Source of the DNA: Mobula hypostoma
Taxonomy: Eukaryota
DNA length: 64,000 nt
Assembly (NCBI RefSeq): GCF_963921235.1
Contig: NC_086108.1
Span: 94,924,001-94,988,000, forward strand
Direction: 5' to 3'
The notes under the pieces are model-generated. The model ran no database searches. It had not been told where the DNA came from and saw nothing but the letters and a program-made list of their open reading frames with translations. A program made the translations under genes and the position numbers. This document shows positions 36,981 through 51,844 of this stretch, piece after piece; within the stretch, counting starts at the first letter, position 1, and each line of letters begins with the position of its first letter.

Positions 36981-37918
36981 ATAGTCCTTTTACTACTTTT
37001 ACTTTTACTCCTGTTGCTACTTGGGAACAGTCAGCATGGCTTTGTGGAAAGGAGATCATGACTTACAAACTTGATTGAGCTTTTGAGGAGGTGACAAAGA
37101 TTATTCAGGGTAGGGCTGTGAATGTTGTGTGTGTATATATATAGATTTCAGTAAAGCTTTTGACAAGCTCCGTCATGGTAAACTGGTCCAGGAGATTACA
37201 ATGCATGGAAACTTGGTAGATTGGACTTCAAGTAGCTTGTCCATAGAAAACACAGGGTGCTGGTGGAGGAGAGTTATTCTAACTGGAGATTTGTGACCAG
37301 AGGTGTTACACGAGAACCAGCTTTGGGAGCCTGTGATTTGTATATAAATGACTTGTAGGCTGATTAGTGAGTTTGTAGATGATACAAACATTAGCAGGGT
37401 TGTGGATAGTGAGGAAAGTTGTCAAAACAATCAGTAGGTTATTGACCAGTTGGAAATATGAGCAGAGAAGTAGCAGATGGAGTTTAATCCAGACAAGTAT
37501 GAGTTGTTGCACTTTGTGAGGTCAGATATAAGAGGAATGTATTTAATAAATAGCAGAACCCTTTAGAGAATCCGTAGAATGCAAGTTCATAGCTCCTCAA
37601 GTAGATCAGATCAGAATCAGGTTTATCATCACTGTCTTTATGATGTGAAATTCACTTTGCTGGAGCAGTATGGTGCAAAATAAAAAAATACTTTTAGTTA
37701 CAAAAGTAAATGGTGTTAAAGAGGCATAATAAGGTAGCATTTATGGATAGCCCAAAAATCTGATGGCGAAAATGTTCCTAAAACATTGAGTATGGGTTTT
37801 CAGGCTCCTGTACATCTTACCTGATGGTAGTAATCTGAAGAGGGCATAAATTTGGCATAGTTTCCTTCATCATTTAGACTGCTGAGTACAAGTTAGAATG
37901 TCGTGTTGTTGTTGTATA

Positions 37919-38702
37919 TGTCACGTGTCCAGCAACAATGAATATATAATTCAGTCAAGTTTTATAAACAAACATACACATTTATTAAACTCTGCTCAAC
38001 AATAGTGAAAAGTATTCAAACGACCAACTTAACTGCTATACGGCAACTCTGGAACAGTTCTTAAAGTGGTAAATTCGAACACAGTCTTAAAATGGTAAAT
38101 TCGAAAGTCCGAGTGATTTACACAGTCAATAAAGAGAGACTTCTCTGGAAACGGATTTCTTTGAAGATGTGACATTACTGCTGATTCTGTCCAAAGGATT
38201 CACGATGAAGGAAATAAAACGGCTTAAAGGAACTGATCTTTTCCCTGGCGAATGAATACTGCACAATCCTTCCTGATCTTACAGGGGTTATCCCAGATGC
38301 AGGCCACTATTTCTGAATGAAGATTCAATAAGGTCAATCCTGTATTAAACCGCCGAACGACACCAACTTTACTCAATCCTTCAGGTTCCCATACTTTAGT
38401 AAGGTCTTCACTCTCCAATACTAGACTTACAGTAGAAAGTAAAACTCCACTTTAAAACGAAACTGTGTCGTGAGACAAATACACAGCATAACGGAGTAAC
38501 TGACGAATTAAACAATGAATCAACTGAGTAACAACAGGGGTTTCCCATATATACCTGTTGGGAACATGTCATCACGTGACCTCACACTGGCGGGAAAAAT
38601 TACATCACCCCACCATCACAAGACCATTACATCATGCTCACAAGATACTCAATTACATGATGGTCATAAGACAGTCACAAGATACCCACAAGGTATGTAA
38701 CA
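37919..38702. mobile_element. Solo LTR (784 bp) inserted in an old CR1
   Basis: TGTCAC...GTAACA termini with 4-bp TSD tata (37915-37918, 38703-38706). Confidence 0.85.
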
Positions 38703-38734
38703 TATAAAACTTTGGTTGGGCTAAGTCAGTCAGA

Positions 38735-39325
38735 AAAGCTTTGGGTTCAGATTCCACCCCAAAGACTCAGCACAATGATTTGCTGAAGTCCAGTATGGCC
38801 AGAATACTTCTGGATGAAGTTTTAAAGCCTGGCCTGAGGCCCCATTTGGTTTCTAGATGACAAGATCCTTAGTTGTTGAAGAAGAGCTATGGCTTTGACC
38901 CCATTGTGCTAGTCAGTGTTTATCCTTTCATCAACATCACCAAGAAATGGAATATCTGGTAATTGCCACCTACCTTTTGTGGGAATTTGCTATGCTTACC
39001 TGTGGTAAACCATGTATATATGTTGTAACTGGGTTACCTGTCTGGACACGCCCCTCTGCTGACTGCTCCTGTGGCTCCTCCCACAGACCCCTGAATAAAG
39101 GCGATTGTGCCACTGCTCCTCCCTCAGTCCAGGACAGACCACAGCATGGACGTTGGTCCATTTTACCGTTAGTAAAAGCCTTTCAGTATTTACTCTACTT
39201 CCAGTCTTTTGGAGTAATTGATAGTGCCATCATTACCATTAGAACAATATTTCAAAAGTAATATTTCAGAAGCAATTTATGATATGTGGTCATGAAAAGC
39301 AGTATGTAAATGCAGGTCTGACTTT
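38735..39325 (+). mobile_element. Old Deu-domain SINE (SacSINE1/AmnSINE1-like), interrupted by a solo LTR
   Basis: gggttcagattccacccc head, tttatcctttcatcaacatcac...tatctggt...tttgtgggaatttgctatgc core and atgtaaatgcagg tail. Recognised from memory of the Deu-SINE consensus. Confidence 0.55.
39001..39232 (+). mobile_element. Small solo LTR (232 bp)
   Basis: TGTGGT...CCATCA termini with 5-bp TSD ttacc (38996-39000, 39233-39237). Confidence 0.85.
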
Positions 39326-42300
39326 TTTGGACCTTAGTAGCAATATGTCTATTGAAGCTTTGGTACAGTCTGTGGAAAGTATGCATGTAACCACATGTGA
39401 TTTACTGAGCTGATGCATCTCAAGTAAGAATTGTGTAATCATAATTCTCTAACCCCAAGTCATCACTAAGTTATAGCAACTGGTTAAAGGTCTGTTCTGC
39501 ATTCCATCTAACTCTGGCTGTCGTTTCAGGCATTGTGAAACACATCCTTAGTTTTAGAATTTTCTGTTCTGCTTGGGCAGTGGGAGGTTTCAGAAATGGA
39601 AATTACATATTTTTAGATGCTGTATCTTTCACAGATCTTGAGTAACTTGTAAATTTAATTACTAGTATCAAACCTACAAACGTGGGACTCAACTTTTCTT
39701 TACATAGTTGAATATTGTTGCCAGGACAACCATAGTAGTACAATTGGTGGAACTGATGTTTAAGGCCCTGTATGAAACATCATCTTTCACAGAATACCCG
39801 ACCCTCATTTCTGCAGTCTTGATTCATCTAAAAATGATGTGCCATTAATTTATCTCCTGTGGATAAAATAACTTTAAAGACACAGCTTTATTAAATCAGT
39901 TGGAAATGGGCAATGGTCATTTTACAGTTGGGTAAATGGCAGTATGCAATAAAAATCCATGAGTTTCGTCGTTATGCTTCCCTGGAAACCCTAATCCAAA
40001 ACACCATCTCATAGTTTACCCAGATGCCTGGGAATAAAATTGGCAGAAAAAAATAGCGTGTATCCTTTTAGTGATTTTTTTTTCTTCTTTCTGAAGTATT
40101 TACTGATTTATTTTTGGGTTATGCATAGGTTCCACTTAATTTGGTCAAAGTATCAAGAGGTCAGCATCAATCAAAAACGTTGTTACTTTTTGCTTTTCAT
40201 TTTGACTGCTTTATCTTCCCATTGAAGAGTGATCTGTAATAGTCAACTGCTACCAATAAAATCTTCAATTTCTGTTCATTACAGAAAATAAAATGACAAC
40301 AGACCAGTGCAAAAGTGAAATTATACATAACAGTAATCATTAACATTAATTTTAAAAGGGGGGGTTACATCATTTAGAAGCTCTGCTTATGTACAGTCTT
40401 CCCTATTTTATAATCCAACATTGATTACTCTTTAAAGAATTGTTTAGCTGTAAAGTGCATTGAGGCTGTTGGCATACAGTGCCTCTAACCATTCTTTAAA
40501 TACATTATTTCATATTCCATCAATAATGTGGATATCATTCATTAAATATTTACATTAGCTCCCATTACTCCAGTGGAGGCATCAGAGCCTATCTTTTTCA
40601 GTGTAATTTCTCCAACAAATTAGATGTAGAAAGTCACTTTTTTTAAAGAAAGGTTTTTGTGGAGGAGAAGGAAACCTTGAAAATGGCTTTACTCTTTCTC
40701 TCTCAACAAGCAATATGCTTAACAAAATAGATTAGGTGAAACTTGAGCATAAAATGGCTCAGTGTGCTACAGTGACTTCTGCAGTTACCATAGTAGCAAT
40801 TCCTTTGGGAACGTGTGCAAGCTAGTAAAGCATGTAACAACTTGCACTGTATTCTGGAAATATGATTGTCCAAATTGTTACAGAAAAACTCTTTAAAATT
40901 CCAAGAAATTCTCTTTTGGGGAAGAATCATTTTATTAATTTGGGTTGCTACCCAGCTAAGAATCTATGGTCTTCAGTGTGTTTTGTAAGAGAAAGTAAGA
41001 TGATGTCCTGGTGTGATTGGCTGGATGTTCTCATTTCAAAGCAATGTAGTACTCTAGACCTGAAACATTAAATCTCCTGTCTTCTTCTGGAGTTGTTGCA
41101 TGATGAGTGTTTGCAATAATGAGTGTTTGTTTATAATGAATTTCAATGTATATCAAAACTGAGCAGAAACTTAACCATTAACATTCCTCTTGCTTTAAAA
41201 GCAATAAAAAAGGAGCTCAAGTGGTCTTGATGCCCAAGTACTCTTTTGATATTGGACTTATTAGCCACTTTCAACATTTGAGGGCAAGAGAGATTCTGTG
41301 GAATAGTTAACTGAGAAACTGCCAAGAGAGAACGTGTAGGTGATTATCTTAACTCAACAACTCCACATACATTTACTAAGTACTTCTAGTCACTATATCA
41401 TTGAATGGTCACTGGCTTCAAGAATGAGTAATTATCTGTGGCCACTGGGAAAAAAATGATGCAAGGAAGATGGGTGATCTGGAATGTAGGACTGTGATGT
41501 TTCAAGATTATCCATCACTAATCAAGATAGCAGAGAGAAAAACCACAAATAAATACTTAAGAGAATTTGTGCACAAATTGGCTGTTCTATTTACTCATGA
41601 ATTAATCTGTTTTTTAAATACTGACTAATTGGCCATGAAATTCTAACCCCATTGGATATTATGATCTTGCTTGCAAAGCCTGATCCAATTTGGTCAGAAA
41701 GTTTACTGATTTACATTGACACACTGTGGAACTTAGAATGTTAATCATACCACAGAGAATTATAGGAGCCATGTTAGGAATCATGAGAATTCATGATTTA
41801 TGACCTCAAAGGGCATGAGGGAATATTGTACCCAAAATATGGAAGATTATGTTTCCAGTGCAAAGGTCATAAAAATGTGGACTACTGGAAAGAAATTATC
41901 TGACATGCAGTGACAGCTGTACATACAGTCATGCATTATTGTTGGAGAACCAAAGAAACGTCTTGAATTGATTTAGTTAATTTCTCCCTGGCAATTATAC
42001 TGGTCCCAGAAGATTGTCCCTGGTGTCAATGATATCAGTAAACCTATTTGTCTTCTATAATTTTAGATGGGTTTCATTTGCCTGATCTGTTTACACTGAT
42101 TATGAAATGTGCTTTGGACCCATATCTGGTAATCATTCTGGCACCCATTCTCCCATTCTCTGGCAACAGAATTGAATCGTGGCAACTGATTAATGCTTTG
42201 GTAATCCTGACTGATTCCTTTAGTTTTCCAATCATGTGCTTGGATAAATGACTAATCCTGCATTATTGTAAAGATTTGATTAATTTTGCTGATGGCATCT

Positions 42301-43749
42301 GATTTTTTTCTCTCCCCCCCCCCCCCCAAGGGTAGCAACATTAAACCTAGTTTTATGCCTTGGATACTTTAATACAGGTACTTTCAGATGTATCTCTCTT
42401 CTAAGACTTAAAAATTTTTGAGTGGGAGTAGATGGATTCTGAATTAGGCCTGTCTCCTTTGCTCTCCCCATAACCAAAATTACCTGGTACATGTGTGTGA
42501 AATCACAGTCTCTGGATCCTGGAGAAGTCCAGTGAAGCATCAAACTTTGAAATAGTGTAATTCTGAGGTTGGTGCAGTCCTGCCCTTCCCCATTTAGAAA
42601 GACTGACAGAAGGCTAAACTTGGGATGAAGCTCTTGTCTTCTGTCAAAGGTGTTGGAATTTAACACTATTAAAATGTCTCTGATATGTGGATCCTGGGAA
42701 TAGAAAATTATTGCAGCAGATTTGCATAAGTTCAGCACTTGTTTCAATGTGAAAGGCTGAATGCTGTGTTGGCAATTCCCTTCAGGAACACTGGTCATGG
42801 TCTACAAGATACAGCCAATTTCTTCCCATTAGAACTAAAGTTAGACAGATACAAGGTGAGAATTATATTTGGTATACATTGGTAATTGACCTAGCATTGA
42901 AATTCCTTATTAAGTAAACCTAGCATGGCTTGAAGTGTTTCTGGAATGAATCTCTCTAAACCTGATAATGAGTCTCACTGCTTCTTCCCTAACAGTAAAG
43001 CAGACAATTATAATTTTACTGCTGGCCCCCTCTAGTCTATTTGAGTATTTGTTTTGAATTGATGTTCAGGAATGGTAAATCAAAGATAGTTGCATAATAG
43101 ATAAAATTTTAACAGTGATGGGGAAAAAGTTGTTCAGGGGTGGCATTCAGATTTTTTCTGCTATTTGCAATTGATGGGAAGCTGGTTTTCAAATCATAAT
43201 GTGTCAATAAAATTTAATTATAGCAGCAACACCCCCCCCCCACAAAACAATTGTTCAGGTAATGGAAATACATGTTTCCAAATTCATAAATTAGTAAACA
43301 AATACAGAATAAAATTCACTCTCTCAAAACTTGTGTGGAAAATGAAAAGTAAATAAATACTTTTCATTTCTGGAACAGGTTATGAGCACCAAATACTGCT
43401 CATTCCTTGAAAAGTATGATGAGTGCTTGAATTGGACCTCAAAAGAGCTGCTTCATATGGTAACATTGACATTCCATTTCCTACAGCAAACTGTCTGGTT
43501 TCGCTACCTGATGTGCCAATATATTCCAGTACTCAATATGACAAAAGTAAAGCAATTTTGTGTAAGTATTGGCTTTTTGTTGTGGTTCTTTGAGTTGGGA
43601 CTTGCCGAAAAAGTGTCCTGCTTAGTGCCACATGTTTGGGTCCGCATATGATATGATTACAGATTACTGTGCTGCTCTTGTTATCTTGTTACCTGAAAAA
43701 GTAAAACTCTTTTTGGATCTACAGGTGTTAGCCATATGTGTTTGTCATA

Positions 43750-45482
43750 GCAAATAGGCATCTGTTGGTCTCGTGAGAGCATGGATTTGCGCCTTGGAAG
43801 GTTTCCAGGTCACAGGCCTGGGCAAGGTTGAGTGGAAGACAGACAGTTGCCCATGCTGCAAGTCTCCCCTCTCCATGCCACCGCTATTGTTCAAGGGAAG
43901 GGCACTAGGGCCGATACAGCTTGGCACTGGTGTCGTCACAGAGCAATGTGTGGTTAAGTGCCTTGCTCGAGGACACAACACGCTGCCTCAGCTGAGGCTC
44001 CAACTAGCGACCTTCAGATCACTAGACTGTTACGTGCCCCGTAACGGGTTATAGAACCAGCAGAAATGGAAAACAGTTGGAGTCTGATATTGCTATTAAC
44101 TAATTCTATTTTATTAGTAACTACGCAATACAGTAATATAAAATCAGATAGGTTAACAGAACTTTTGCATATACGGGTGTGTGAATATGGAACCCAAACT
44201 TCTTCAGACTTAAGTGGTAAGAGATACAGTCTTACGATGGAATGTAAGATAGTTCAGTTCAATGCTCAGGTTAATTAATGAGAGATATTTGTAATACAAA
44301 AGGCGAACGTTGTGAGAAGGCAATTACGTCGATATTCCACAACAGCAAAACAAAATAACAATAGTAGTAGGTTTTATCTCCAAAGTTGTTCCACTCCACA
44401 CACGAAGTATCACCGACAGTGATCTTCAACGAATATCCTTTCAACACAAGTGATACCACACCCGAATTCAGCTACAGGTCATCTCAAAGTGGTGGCCACA
44501 GGATACTCAAACAGGATCCACATATGGATTATCACCAACAGTAGCTTATCACTGAGGTAACATCTTCCAATGATAAAACTACCAACTCAGGCAAGGATTG
44601 TCACACACGGGTAGTTTCCACACAAGGTTACCCCAAACACACAACTGTGATAGCCACTTATCCAGTTCCACGACATACGAAATAACTCCAACTGCGATTT
44701 GCCACAGGGGCACCTTTCTTCAGTGAACTAGCACACCCAAACAAGGGTAACACACAAGTGGTATTCACAAAGGTACTCCCCTCACCAGAGAACCCACTCC
44801 TGTGGAATAACTACGTGACAGTTACACCTTCATATTCGAATGGAACTCAAACTCACCCTCACGGGCTACTTAGAGAGAGAGTCCAAACAGTGATCTCTTT
44901 GTCACTAGGTTTCTTATGTTTCAAACCTTCCTCTCCTCTCTTCTCTTCCTTTAAAGTCACCGAATGTGACCACAAAAAGGAGACCATCTTCTGTGGTGAA
45001 GTTATCAACCCAGGCAAGGGTTGAACACACTGATAACTTCCCACCAGCCATCCCTTTTCCACACTGTGAGAGCCACTGATCGATCCTCCAAAAACCCACC
45101 CTTCTGTGGGCACAACAAAGCTCATCCAGTGTCCAAAACCATGTGTGTCTGTGTGTCTACCAGCTGACCTAGTATTTATCTCAGCATGCTGAACACCAGC
45201 TGTCCATCAATTAACACCGCCCTCGGTCACCATGACGACCCACGAGCTGCTTGTTGCTCTCTCTCCCTTTCCGTGGCAACCCAAAAGCTGACAGTAGTAG
45301 TCAGTGTCCTTGTAAAAGTGTAAACACGAGCTGAAAGGCAGACGCCGCCCCTCTCTCAGCAGAAATCCAGGAGTTAGTCTCAGTTCGCTCTTGTGCTCTA
45401 AAGTGACAGTGCATAGCAAAAAGGAACCCTAGGGGTACATAACAAGACTGATGCCTTAACCACTTGGCCATGTGCCAACACC
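43750..45482 (-). mobile_element. tRNA-headed CORE-like SINE split by a solo LTR
   Basis: Minus-strand head tggccaagtggttaaggc (45455-45472) continues after the LTR into a B-box-like segment and tgtgtcctcgagcaaggcacttaaccac. Confidence 0.75.
44028..45444 (-). mobile_element. Gypsy solo LTR (1417 bp)
   Basis: TGTTA...TAACA termini with 4-bp TSD agac (44024-44027, 45445-45448); homologous to the LTR at 13860-14660. Confidence 0.9.
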
Positions 45483-47389
45483 ATAGCAAATAACTGCCTA
45501 TCTAATATGATTAATAGCTTCAAATTTTAGTTTTTCATTTGCAGGAGCTGGTCATGACTGGTAATGTCAGTTTTTATTATCAAAGACTGAGCCAGCTTCA
45601 GTCACTGGACTTTCTGGTGAAAGTATTCCCACAGCATTGCTGATAAGGATTCCAACAGCAATGAAAGGGTAGAGATTTATTTCCCAGGCAGAATAGAAAT
45701 CTATAAATTGTGGTTTATACTTGGGTCCATGCTGCTCATAATCTTAATGCCAAAGTTTACTTTGAAGTACAGGCAGGGTATCCTTGGCAAGTAAACTGGT
45801 TTGTTATAATAACGTGTAGCAAGGTACAGTGGAAAAATTTTGTTTTGCATGTCATCCATTGAGATCATTTCATTATAGCAGTGTTTTGAGGTATTACAAG
45901 GGAAAAACAATGACAGAAAGCACTATCGTGTTGGTTGCTGAGAAAGTGCCATCCTGGCAACCAATAAGATGCAAGGCCATAATGAGCCAGATTGTGAGGT
46001 CAAGACTCCATTTTATTGTATTACTGGACTACTCAATAGTCTTGTAACAGCAGGATAGAAGCTGTCCTTCAGCCTGGTGGTATGTGCTTCATGCTTTTGT
46101 ATCTTCTGTGCCATGGCTGGGTGGGATATTTGATTATTTTGGCTGCTTTACTGATGCATCAAGAATTATAGGAGACATTGGGATTTGTTGCATATACTGT
46201 GAATGGCATATTGTGTTCTAAGGGAATAACTTCACACAGGGGAGTTACAATTGATGCTGAGTTTAAATATTGTAACTAGCAGTGTACCAAATGCTTAAGA
46301 GTTGCAGTAATTAACATAATAGGGAGAATTGAATAAAAATATATCTTCATGAGCAGCTGAGTAATTGAAGTCTTGACTAATAAACAAGTTCTGGAATGCA
46401 GCAAGTGCAGAAAGTTGGTGATGGTTGTGTCAGTCAAAAGGTAGCCATTCAAAATCCTCCCAGCTTCCAACATCAGGTCCAGAGCTGTTCAAACTACAGT
46501 CAGATTCTAACCTTGCTGACTTACTCTGTTTTTGCACAGGACAACTTTGCAAACTTCCCATGCAGACTAAGGGTGACTACAATAAATGGTTGCTTTTAAC
46601 TAAGTGATTGCTATACCTCAGTTGATGTTTGAGTCTTGTTCTTGGCCACCCTGAGTGTTTTCCATTGGAACAACACTAATGAAATTACTGTTTTATAATG
46701 TTAGAACAGTCTTTGGTGTCCTCTGGTTTTTGTCACCTCCGATAAGAGGAAATATCTATTTTGTAAAGACATGGTTAAGTTTCCAGTGCCCGCTCTGGTT
46801 AGTCCAGGTATCTAGCACTTGAGAGCACTGTGGTCACCGTTGTGCACAATAGACTAACAAATTTGGTGCTAAATATTGGGTCTTGATCTTCAAATAATCT
46901 TTGGCACAATCAATCAATTGCAATACTGACACTTTAAAGGTGATATGGAATGCATCAGAAATTGGTCATTCCTTTTAGTCTATGGTGGTGTTTGTCTTCT
47001 CTGTACTAATCCCCTCCCTTGTGTTCATTATTTTGTCCATCACCCTTTAATCACTTGACTTCATCACAAATGTTAGCATTGAATCTGCCATGCTCACTAA
47101 CTTTGATACCTTTGCAGGCAGCTTCACAATTATTTCTAAGATCTCTTGTACCTTCGTGCTAAAACATTTGAGTGTAGTGTTATGCTTGCATTTGTTCACT
47201 GCAGATCATAGTTAACTTGTTGGGCAGAAGGGCCTGTTTTACTGCTGCATAACTCTGACATAACTATTGCTATAAGCTTGTTCCTTTTTGCTCTAAAACC
47301 ATTATATTCTTGTAATTCTGTAATGCTTTTCAAATCGAAATGTCGATATATTTGGGATAGACAAGATTCACTGCAGATAACAGTAGTGA

Positions 47390-47605
<216 letters not shown>

Positions 47606-47849
47606 TAAAGCTAAAAAGTAAACTAATTTTAGTGCTTTTCTGTGGTCTTATCCTGCATGTAATAAATTTAATGATTCTTCATACGGACACTTTGCTTAGT
47701 AAAATGATTTTAGAGAAGTGGTATCTTTGAAAAGTGTGCAGCTGATGCAATAGTCATGTTGGCTGTCATTGTAAAATGCAAGACAAGTTCCTGTCTTTTA
47801 CATGACAATTTTCTTGCCTTGGCATACAGCTGTTTGCTTGGAGCAATGC

Positions 47850-48335
47850 TAACCATCCAGTATGGGAATTGCAAGGCATCTGACCGCAAGACCCAACAAA
47901 GGATTGTGAGGACTGCTGAGAAGATCATCCGGGTCTCTCTTGCACCCATCCGAGATGATTATCAGGAATGCTACATATGCAGGGTCCTTACCATTATCAA
48001 GGATCCCTCTCATCCATCTCACAATCACTTTGACTCCTATCATCAGACAGGAGGTAACATACCGTAAGGACAAGGACAGCTTACCCACCCCCTCCCCAGG
48101 TCACGAAACTACTGAACTCCCTGACACTACCCAGGTCTCATCACGTATAAAATGGCAGTAGCATCATGCTGTTTACTTTTTAACTTGTGCCGTGAATGCA
48201 CCTTACACGAAATATCAATATTCTGCAATATATTTTATTTGGTCATTTGAGGTAATTTTACTGTATGTATTGTGTATGAGTTGTATGTACTGTGTTGTGC
48301 ATCTTAGTCCAGAGGAAGTTTGTTTCATTGGTGGT
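47850..48335 (+). mobile_element. Rex1/Babar-like LINE 3' fragment
   Basis: YGNCKASDRKTQQRIVRTAEKII...IIKDPSHPSH. Confidence 0.75.
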
Positions 48336-48369
48336 ACACATTTTGATTTGTAACTCCAAAACATAAATA

Positions 48370-49825
48370 AGACCATAAGAAATAGGAGCAGAATTAGGCC
48401 ATTTGACCCATTGAGTCTGCTGCACCATTTCATCATGGCTGATCCATTTTTCCCTTTGGTCCCAATCTCCTGCTTCCACTCTCCCCCCCCCCCCCACGCC
48501 CCACCACACGTATCACTCATGCCCTGACCAATCAAGAATCTATCAACCTCTGCCTTAAATATACATAAAGATTTACATAAAGAGAAGGCAGGAACAGGGT
48601 ACTGATTGTGGATGATCAGCCATGATCACAGTGAATGGACAGAGTGGATGTGGCAACATTGTTTCCCATATTGGGGAAGTCTAGTACGAGAGGGCATGAC
48701 TTAAGGATTGAAGGGCGTTCATTCAAGACAGAGATGGGAAGAAATTTTTTTAGCCAGAGGGTGGTGAATCTATGGAATTTGTTACCACGTGCGGCAGTGG
48801 AGGCCAAGTCATTGTGTATATTTAAGGCAGAGATTGATAGGTATCTGAGTAGCCAGGGCATCAAAGGTTACAGTGAGAAGGCGGGGGAGTGGAACTAAAT
48901 GGGAGAATGGATCAGCTCATGATAAAATGGCAGAGCAGACTTGATGGGCCAAATGGCCGACTTCTGCTCCTTTGTCTTATGAATGGTGGTGCTGGCTCGA
49001 AGGGCGAAATGGCCTACTCCTGCATCTATTGTCTATTTGGCCTCCACAGTTGCCTATGGCAATGAATTCCACAGATTCACCACTCTCTGGCTAAAGAATT
49101 CTCCCTCATCTCCATTCTAAAGGGACGCCCCTTTATGCTGAGGCTGTGTCCTCTGGTCCTAGGCTCTCCCACCGTAGGAAACATCCTCTCCACATTTATT
49201 CTATGAAGGCCTTCACCATTCAGTAGGTTTCAATGAGGTCACCTTTCATTCTTCTGAATTCCAGTGAGTAGAGCTCCAGAGCCATCAGACACTCTTCATA
49301 TTGACAAGCTGTTTAATCCTGGAATCATTTTTGTGAACTTGCTTTAAACCTTGTCTAGTTTCAGCACATTCTTTCTAAGATGATGGGCCTAAACTTGCTC
49401 ACAATACTTCCAGCTGAAGCCTGACCAGTGCTTTAAAAGTCTCAACATGACATCCTTGCTTTTATACTCTAGTCCTGTTGAAATGAATGCTATCATTGCA
49501 TTTGCCTTTCACACCAAAATCTCAACCTGCAAACTAGCCTTTAGAGAATCCTGCACAAGGACTCCCAAGTCCCTTTGCAACATCAGTTTTTTTTGTTTTT
49601 TCTCTCCATTTAGAAAATAGTCAACCTTTTTCATTTCTTCCTGTCAAAGTGCATGACCATACATTTCCCAACACTGTATTCCATCTGCCACTTTTTTGCC
49701 CATTCTCCTAATCTGTCCATGTGTTTTCTAGCTTTTCTGCTTCCTCAACACAACCTGCCCCTCCAGCAATCTTTATATTGTCTGCAAACTTTGCAACAAA
49801 ACATCATCCAAATCATTGACATGTA
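48370..49825 (-). mobile_element. CR1 3' portion containing two nested opposite-strand CR1 tail fragments (~48580-49035)
   Basis: Inner fragment 48639-48979 (RGHDLRIEG..RNFFSQRVVNLWN) flanked by tgaatgg repeats (48632-48638, 48980-48986). Confidence 0.8.
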
Positions 49826-50039
49826 ATGTAATATCTAATTGAAATAAAAACATGAAGCTGGAAGTAATAACTGCATTTTTACTTTAAGCGAAGTGATGGC
49901 ATGATGAGATATGCCATTCGCTTAACTTTTTCTCCTTTTGGAAAGCCACTTCACATTGCATTATCTATTGCCATTTCTTCCCTATTAGTAGAAGTATATT
50001 TATGGGTGGAGCAAAGCAGACAGGTTTGATAGAAACCAG

Positions 50040-51685
50040 TTATATTAATTGACAAGTGCTAAAAAAGACTGCAACTGTGACACATCCTTTGACCTTTGCT
50101 TTCTGTTGACTCTGTTGCAGGGGATGTGGCATGCAAATGGTAGATGTATCTCCAATCAAGTTGTAGTTGAGTTAGCCACCCATGGCCCCCACAATACTGG
50201 CCTTTCAGTTTTTACCACATACAAGCTCAAAGTGGCTTGTTGGTTATTTTACTGCATTGTTATGAATGTTGTTCCCACAGGAATTACATTTATATTTGTA
50301 GGCTTCAGTTCAGTTTCTTTGAAATGCCATTTACTCATTTTGTAGAATGACTGAAACAGCCAAACCAGTGTCCAATTCCATTTGAATTCTTTTGCTGTTC
50401 ATTTCTGGTGTAAGCCAAATTGCATGTCCTTTGTTAGTTTTCACATTATAAATCTCAAGGCTACTCAATCCTGTGTCACTATCATAATGAGTTATTTCAT
50501 CAACAACATTCAAATGAGTGCTGTTTCTGAAACTGCATCTTGATTTTTTTTTCTTATTCTCTTCCCTGTGCAGTCCACTTATTTTTGTTTGCCCAACATG
50601 CTCTTTTTTGTCCTACTTTGCATTTCCCGCCTTGGTCTGGTGTGTGTGAGCCCCTGCCACAACAGTAACACAATTTATTCAGCCGGGCAGGTTTCTGTTT
50701 AAATTTTGCAATTTCATTTACGCTCACTTTCATTCCTGACTACAACTCAATTGCATTTATGTTTGCTGTTTCCATTGATACAGCAATTTCAACTGCTCTT
50801 TTAAATGTGAATTGTGCTTCATTTAAGAGCTGCTTTTTTTGAAATGCTTTCTTGTAAGATTCCCCAAGCTAAACAATCTCTCAGTGCATTATTAAGCCAT
50901 TACTGAACTGACAGTGTTCATGCAACTCCTTCAATTCAGCTCGTAAGCTGAAATGGACTCCCCTTCCTTTTGATTCCACTTGTGAAACCTAAATCATTCT
51001 GCAATCAATAATGGTTTTGGTTCTAAATGTTCCTGCATTAGTTTCATGATATTAGTAAAGCTCGTATCAGCTGGTTTAGTTGGAGCAGTTAAACTTCTAA
51101 GCAAACTGTGAAGTCAGTAAAATTGGCACTTTTTTTTTTCTCCAGTCCTGCTGAAATGTATTAGCCTGAAATGCCAACTGTACTTTTTTTTTCATTGATA
51201 CTGCCTGGCCTGCTGAGTTCCTCCTGCATTTTGTGTGTGTTACTCACTCTTCATTGGCTATTTAATTTGCTTCAAAATATTGCTCAATTTGCTCAGTATA
51301 CAATATCCAGTTATCCTTTGAGCAATCGAATGAGTCTACCTTTCCTATATAGCCAACCTTTCTGCTTTATTTTTTAAAGTTATGATTATTATACTTGGTA
51401 CTCACTGTTTATAAACTTGTGAATTCATCAGTTTTCTGGCTTTTTTTTAAAACTCAAAGATCTTTCTCCCCTTACGAAGGGGGAAAAAAAACTGCTGCAA
51501 TTTTTTTAAAAACTGCTGTGCTTTTTTTAAAAAAACTCTTAACATCTTGCCGTGCTTCAACAGGTAGCCATTCATGTACTTTTACACACAAAATGTAATG
51601 AGTCATTGAAGCAAACAAATGCCTAATCCAACAATATTTACAATATTAGTCAAATATTACTGAAATTTTAAATACACAACATGTA
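50040..51685 (-). mobile_element. Degenerate Gypsy gag-protease remnant with possible LTR remnant
   Basis: Protease motif IQMELDTGLAVSVI (ORF 50331-50513), gag-like segments upstream, and caaca terminus near 51681. Confidence 0.6.
51140..51243 (+). mobile_element. Old Penelope pLTR remnant with a decayed hammerhead
   Basis: cagtcCTGcTGAaatgtattagcctGAAAtgccaactg...ctgcctggcctgctgagttcctcc..gcattttgtgtgt parallels the young pLTR. Confidence 0.6.
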
Positions 51686-51844
51686 TATGGCTGAATAACA
51701 ATAAACTTGAACTTAACACATAGATCTAAAAGATCCTCAAAGTGAGGATATCCTTGTAAATAATGTACCAATGTAAATATAAACTTTAATACTTTGAACG
51801 ACAAAAATCACAAGAATTGGATATACTGCTGCTCCAGAATATAA

